DNA of 39,511 bases, taken from contig JAUCBJ010001908.1 of NCBI GenBank assembly GCA_032718475.1, forward strand, positions 1-39,511. The letters are read 5' to 3'. Position numbers and translations under genes: made by a program. The stretch comes from Nemertoderma westbladi. Taxonomy: Eukaryota > Animalia > Xenacoelomorpha. The notes below the pieces were generated by a model, which was not told the DNA's origin, searched no databases, and worked only from the letters and a program-made list of their open reading frames with translations. Numbering within the stretch: position 1 is the first letter of the stretch; the number at the start of each line of letters is the position of its first letter. This document shows, in pieces, positions 34,721 through 39,511 of the stretch.

Positions 34721-37450
34721 ATGGAGGTCACGAAGAACTCAGTGAGCCAATGGAAGTATCGCGGTGAGGGAGGAAAGTCTCTGGTTGTTTGGTGTCTGGA
34801 GGATAATGTCGTGTTACGATTCGCTAAAACTGACCCATTAGGTGATGGCGTAGCCGATCCGTTACAACGACCCACGATGGAGTTCTACGTAAAACACGTC
34901 ATGAAACCCCTATTAGGGGCCTCGTTAGTGGACGAAGGAGAAGTCCTTCGGATCCCCTCCGAGAAAGCGAACCTCATCCTGTCGGAAGTACTTCCGAGTA
35001 GGGAGTCCCGTTGGCGAGGTAACGCATTGCTAAGCGACGGAGTAGTTACCGTAATGCGGGACTTATGTCGCATTAAAAACGCGAATAAATGTTTCGCTGT
35101 GGAAATTAAACCTAAACTAGGATTCCTACTCAAATCTGAAGATTCAATTGAATCCGTTATATGTACTCATTGCCTCAACCAATACTCTAAGTTACATACT
35201 GGGAAGTGGGAATCCAGAAGTCGTTATTGCCCTTTGGATTTGTTTTCCGGGTGTCCCAATCGGATTCTGGATGCTCTAAGGGGTTTATTCGAGACTCCAC
35301 AGAACAACCTTAAAGTATTCCGGGACGGGGAGTTAATATTTGGTGGGGATAAAACTCTTAAATCCGACTTAAATGTTTTAAAACAGTCCCTATGCGACGA
35401 CTTCTTCCCTAGCAACCAATACCACAGACCGGATATATTACCTAGCAACCAGGATAAACAATCCCACTGCCGGAACATATTACCTAGTAACCATGGCAAA
35501 CAATCCCACAACCCAGATATGTTACCTAGCAATGAAGACGGACCATCCAAAAACTGTGGTCTGTTGAGTAACAATAAAGTCAAAGTCCAAAATGAACCCG
35601 ACGCTGTAATTGAGGCTTTTGAGGGCTTTCTGGGAATTATATCTGCCGTACTTCGCGGCCCAGTAACCGGCAGCGGTTGTAAGGTAGGCGAGAGAGGGGC
35701 GACTGCAACTGGGGTTGGGAGTGAGGGAGGGACGGCTGGGGTAGGGAGTGAGGGAGGGGCGGCTGGAGTAGGGAGTGAGGGAGGGGCACCTGGAGTAGGG
35801 AGTGAGGGAGGGGCGGCTAGGGTAGGGAGTGAGGGAGGGGCGGCTGCAACTGGGGTTGGGAGTGAGGGAGGGACGGCTGGGGTAGGGAGTGAGGGAGGGG
35901 CGGCTGGAGTAGGGAGTGAGGGAGGGACGGCTGGGGTAGGGAGTGAGGGAGGGGCACCTGGAGTAGGGAGTGAGGGAGGGGCGGCTAGGGTAGGGAGTGA
36001 GGGAGGGGCGGCTGCAACTGGGGTTGGGAGTGAGGGAGGGACGGCTGGGGTAGGGAGTGAGGGAGGGGCGGCTGGAGTAGGGAGTGAGGGAGGGGCGGCT
36101 AGGGTAGGGAGTGAGGGAGGGGCGGCTGGGGTAGGGAGTGAGGGAGGGGCGGCTAGGGTAGGGAGTGAGGGAGGGTCGGCTGGAGTAGGGAGTGAGGGAG
36201 GGACGGCTGGGGTAGGGAGTGAGGGAGGGGCGGCTAGGGTAGGGAGTGAGGGAGGGGCGGCTGGAGTAGGGAGTGAGGGAGGGACGGCTGGGGTAGGGAG
36301 TGAGGGAGTGGCGACTGGAGTGGGGAGTGAGGGAGGGGCGGCTGGAGTAGGGAGTGAGGGAGGGACGGCTGGGGTAGGGAGTGGTGGAGGGGCGGCTGGG
36401 GTAGGGAGTGAGGGAGGGACGGCTGGGGTAGGGAGTGAGGGAGGGGCGGCTAGGATAGGGAGTGAGGTAGGGGCACCTGGAGTAGGGAGTGAGGGAGGGG
36501 CGGCTGGTGTAGGGAGTGAGGGACGGATGGCTGGGGTAGGGAGTGGTGGAGGGGCGGCTGGGGTAGGGAGTGTGGGAGGGACGGCTGGGGTAGGGAGTGG
36601 TGGAGGGGCGGCTGGGATAGGGAGTGAGGGAGGGGCACCTGGAGTAGGGAGTGAGGGAGGGGCGGCTAGGGTAGGGAGTGAGGGAGGGGCGGCTGGTGTA
36701 GGGAGTGGTGGAGGGGCGGCTGGGGTAGGGAGTGATGGAGCGGTGACTGGAGTAGGGAGTGAGGGAGGGGCGGCTGGAGTAGGGAGTGAGGGAGGGGCAG
36801 CTGGGGTAGGGAGTGAGGGAGGGGCGGCTGGAGTAGGGAGTGAGGGTGGGGCGGCTGGGGTAGGGAGTGAGGGAGGGGCGGCTGGGGTAGGGAATGGTGG
36901 AGGGGCGGCTGGGGTAGGGAGTGAGGGAGCGGTGACTGGAGTAGGGAGTGAGGGAGGGGCGGCTGGAGTAGGGAGTGAGGGAGGGGCGGCTGGGGTAGGG
37001 AGTGAGGGAGTTCTCGATAGAATTCTATATGTACAGAAACTCAGTAGGGAATCCCCAGTCAGTATGATGCAACTGTATGATAGTGAATATAAACTCGGCA
37101 TCGAGGATCAAATGGATTGGAGTCAGTTCGTGAATCACTTCTCGTCTTTCGGTGTGTCAACCCCGGCTATTGATGGGCCAGATGATATTTGGTCCCGGTT
37201 TATGGTCAGTACAACGGCACGCGATTGTAGTATCATTATATCTCTACACAGTCTACCACTACCGGAATGTTCAACTGTTTGCCCCGAAGACTGTCGTAAT
37301 ATCTGTTTTCTCACGAACTCCGAACACGTACACTACACCATAGGGATAGTGGATCTGGATCAGAAACCCTTATCCAGGATCCCCAGATACTATCGGGATT
37401 ATTTGTCGGCAGTGAGGGAGTCCGACGGTCTCACTGTCTGTCGGCATTGA
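34721..37450 (+). CDS. IPPK: Inositol-pentakisphosphate 2-kinase with a large Gly-rich repeat insertion (ORF track starts at 34643)
   Basis: Motifs WKYRGEGGKSLVV, VEIKPK, CTHCLNQ, YCPLDLFSG, PQNNLKVF, ILYVQKL, TARDCSIIISL, IVDLDQKP in the expected order; first ATG at 34721; single ORF. Confidence 0.9.
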   Translation: MEVTKNSVSQWKYRGEGGKSLVVWCLEDNVVLRFAKTDPLGDGVADPLQRPTMEFYVKHVMKPLLGASLVDEGEVLRIPSEKANLILSEVLPSRESRWRGNALLSDGVVTVMRDLCRIKNANKCFAVEIKPKLGFLLKSEDSIESVICTHCLNQYSKLHTGKWESRSRYCPLDLFSGCPNRILDALRGLFETPQNNLKVFRDGELIFGGDKTLKSDLNVLKQSLCDDFFPSNQYHRPDILPSNQDKQSHCRNILPSNHGKQSHNPDMLPSNEDGPSKNCGLLSNNKVKVQNEPDAVIEAFEGFLGIISAVLRGPVTGSGCKVGERGATATGVGSEGGTAGVGSEGGAAGVGSEGGAPGVGSEGGAARVGSEGGAAATGVGSEGGTAGVGSEGGAAGVGSEGGTAGVGSEGGAPGVGSEGGAARVGSEGGAAATGVGSEGGTAGVGSEGGAAGVGSEGGAARVGSEGGAAGVGSEGGAARVGSEGGSAGVGSEGGTAGVGSEGGAARVGSEGGAAGVGSEGGTAGVGSEGVATGVGSEGGAAGVGSEGGTAGVGSGGGAAGVGSEGGTAGVGSEGGAARIGSEVGAPGVGSEGGAAGVGSEGRMAGVGSGGGAAGVGSVGGTAGVGSGGGAAGIGSEGGAPGVGSEGGAARVGSEGGAAGVGSGGGAAGVGSDGAVTGVGSEGGAAGVGSEGGAAGVGSEGGAAGVGSEGGAAGVGSEGGAAGVGNGGGAAGVGSEGAVTGVGSEGGAAGVGSEGGAAGVGSEGVLDRILYVQKLSRESPVSMMQLYDSEYKLGIEDQMDWSQFVNHFSSFGVSTPAIDGPDDIWSRFMVSTTARDCSIIISLHSLPLPECSTVCPEDCRNICFLTNSEHVHYTIGIVDLDQKPLSRIPRYYRDYLSAVRESDGLTVCRH
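35711..37009 (+). repeat. Coding 27-bp minisatellite, ~48 units (GVGSEGGAA)
   Basis: Unit ggagtagggagtgagggaggggcggct; 1299 bp, in frame. Confidence 0.97.
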
Positions 37451-38870
37451 GGGAGTCCGATGGTCTCTCTGTCTGTCGGCAGTTAAGGTGCTGACATTCT
37501 CACAGTCTGTCGACATTGAAGGTGTCCGACAATCTTACTGTCTGTCGGCAGTGAGGGAGTACGATGGTCTCACTGTCTGTCGGCAGCTAAGATGCTGACA
37601 TTCTCACAGTCTGTCGACAGTGAAGATGTCCGACATTCACACTGTCTGTCGGCAGTGAGGGAGTCCGATGGTCTCACTGTCTGTCGGCAGTTAAGGTGCT
37701 GACATTCTCACAGTCTGTCGACATTGAAGGTTTCCGACATTCTCACCGCCTGTCGGCAGTGAGGGAGTGCGACGGTCTCACTCTCTGTCGGTAGTCATGG
37801 AGTCTGACGGTCTCACTGTCTGTCGGCAGTTAAGGTGTCAGACATTCTCACAGTCTGTCGACAGTGAAGGTCTCCAACATTCTCACTCTCTGTCGGCGGT
37901 GAGGAAGTCCGACCCGCTCACTGTCTATCGGCAGTTAAGGTGCTGACATTCTCACAGTCTGTCGACAGTGAAGGTGTCTGACATTCTCACTTTCTGTCAG
38001 CAGTGAGGGAGTCTGACGATCTCACTGTCTGTCTGCAGTTAAGGTGTCAGACATTCTCACAGTCTGTCGACAGTGAAGGTCTCCGACATTCTCACTATCT
38101 GTAGGCTGTGAAGGTGTCATACTTTCTTACTATCTGTTGGCAGTGAAGGTGTCCGTCTTTCTTACTGTCTGTCGGCAGTGAAGGTGTCCAGCATTCTCAA
38201 TGTCTGTCGACAGTGGAGGCGTCTGACATACTCACTGTCTGTCGGCAGTGAAGGTTGATATTTGAATGTACCGACATACTGACTAACAGGGTTTTTTTTA
38301 TATACACCGCAGTGGAGGTGTCAACCTTTCTCACTATCTGTAGGCTGTGAAGGTGTCAGACTTTCTTACTATCTGTTGGCAGTGAAGGTGTCCGACTTTC
38401 TTACTGTCTGTAGGCAGTGAAGGCGTCCGACTTTCTTACTGTCTGTAGGCAGTGAAGGTGTCCAGCATTCTTACTGTCTGTCGACAGTGGAGATGTCCGA
38501 CATTATCAGTCTGTCGACAGTGGAGGTGTCCGACATTCTCACTGTCTGTCGGCAGTGAAGGTGTCAGCCTTTCTTACTGTCTGTAGGCAATGAAGGTGTC
38601 CGATATTCTCACGGTCTGTTGACAGGGGAGGTGTCCGACATTCTCACTGTCAATCGGTACTGACGGTGTCCGACATTCTCACTGTCTATCGGCGGTTAAG
38701 TTGTCCGACATTCTCACTGTCAATTGGCAATGAAGCTGTCCGAGATTCGCACTGTCTGTCCGAGATTCGCACTGTCTGTCGGAGGGTTAAGGTGTCCGAC
38801 GTTCTCACTGTCAGTTGGCAATGAAGGTTTCCGACATTCTTACAGTCTGTCGGCAGTGGTGGTGTCAGAC
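37404..38870. repeat. 35-bp minisatellite, ~41 diverged units, beginning inside the IPPK CDS
   Basis: Unit tgtcggcagtga(g/a)gg(a/t)gtccgacattctcactgtc; starts at 37404, 37439, 37474; interruption at ~38255-38310. Confidence 0.93.
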
Positions 38871-39511
38871 TAATTCTCTAACTAACGAGCCATTAGAAAT
38901 CTTGGCAATATTATTATTGTACAGTATTATATTTTATTAGTCTCTATTTTCAAAACCCAGCACCGCCATGCAGGCACGTTTTGTAAGGCTTGACGTCTAC
39001 TGTTATCATAGCTTGTTTAAGACCGTGTATGGCAACCGGTTGTTTAAACAAAACATGGTGGTCGGGTATTTATTTACATGACATCCATGAATCTTCAGCA
39101 GAAAACAATACTTTATTTGGTGTAGCTTTACAGCGGTGTAGTATATACTCGTGCATACATACAGTATGATACAGGTGCATATACTAGTGTCTGTGTGTCC
39201 GTCCCGTTCATACAAGGTGGTTGTCCGGTTAAGCCTGGCCACCAATGCTACAGTAATTAATGTTAATGTATGAATTAAGGAAAGGAACAGGTTTCAGTAG
39301 AAATTATTCGAACCAAAAACAAATCTTCATAGGAAAATAATATACGTAGAGTAGCACGTTTTGTATACAGTTTAATACAGTAGTTAAGGCAATAGTTGTT
39401 GTAGAACTAAAGATCATCCTGGGTGATAAGCGTGTGAATGACCGGTGAGACGGTAACACATTTTCACTTTCGCCCATGAGTGCTTTCGGTTTGATCTAAA
39501 TGTATGCTTTA

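Noticed and set aside
35224-37101. 625-aa Pro-rich antisense ORF
   Set aside because: In-register shadow of IPPK; most of its length is the stop-free complement of the repeat

Overview
Eukaryotic (invertebrate-like), AT-rich, repeat-dominated window with no prokaryotic features. From left to right it holds: foldback/MITE and SINE fragments; a 5'-truncated Penelope-like retroelement with an inverted terminal repeat and a minimal hammerhead ribozyme; a ~1 kb palindromic element; and a ~16.8 kb 91-bp satellite with higher-order structure, interrupted by an intact Ty3/Gypsy LTR retrotransposon (333-bp LTRs, CTAAC target-site duplication). A nest of DNA transposons containing a CRE-type fragment follows, then a Helentron-type non-autonomous element whose 3' terminus is amplified 23 times. 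The single host gene is an apparently intronless inositol-pentakisphosphate 2-kinase (IPPK) that carries a 433-aa in-frame Gly-rich minisatellite and whose stop codon lies inside a second, 35-bp minisatellite. Short TA-(N)-TA insertions resembling transposon excision footprints occur throughout. All alignments and counts were made by eye, and family assignments rest on recalled motifs rather than database searches.
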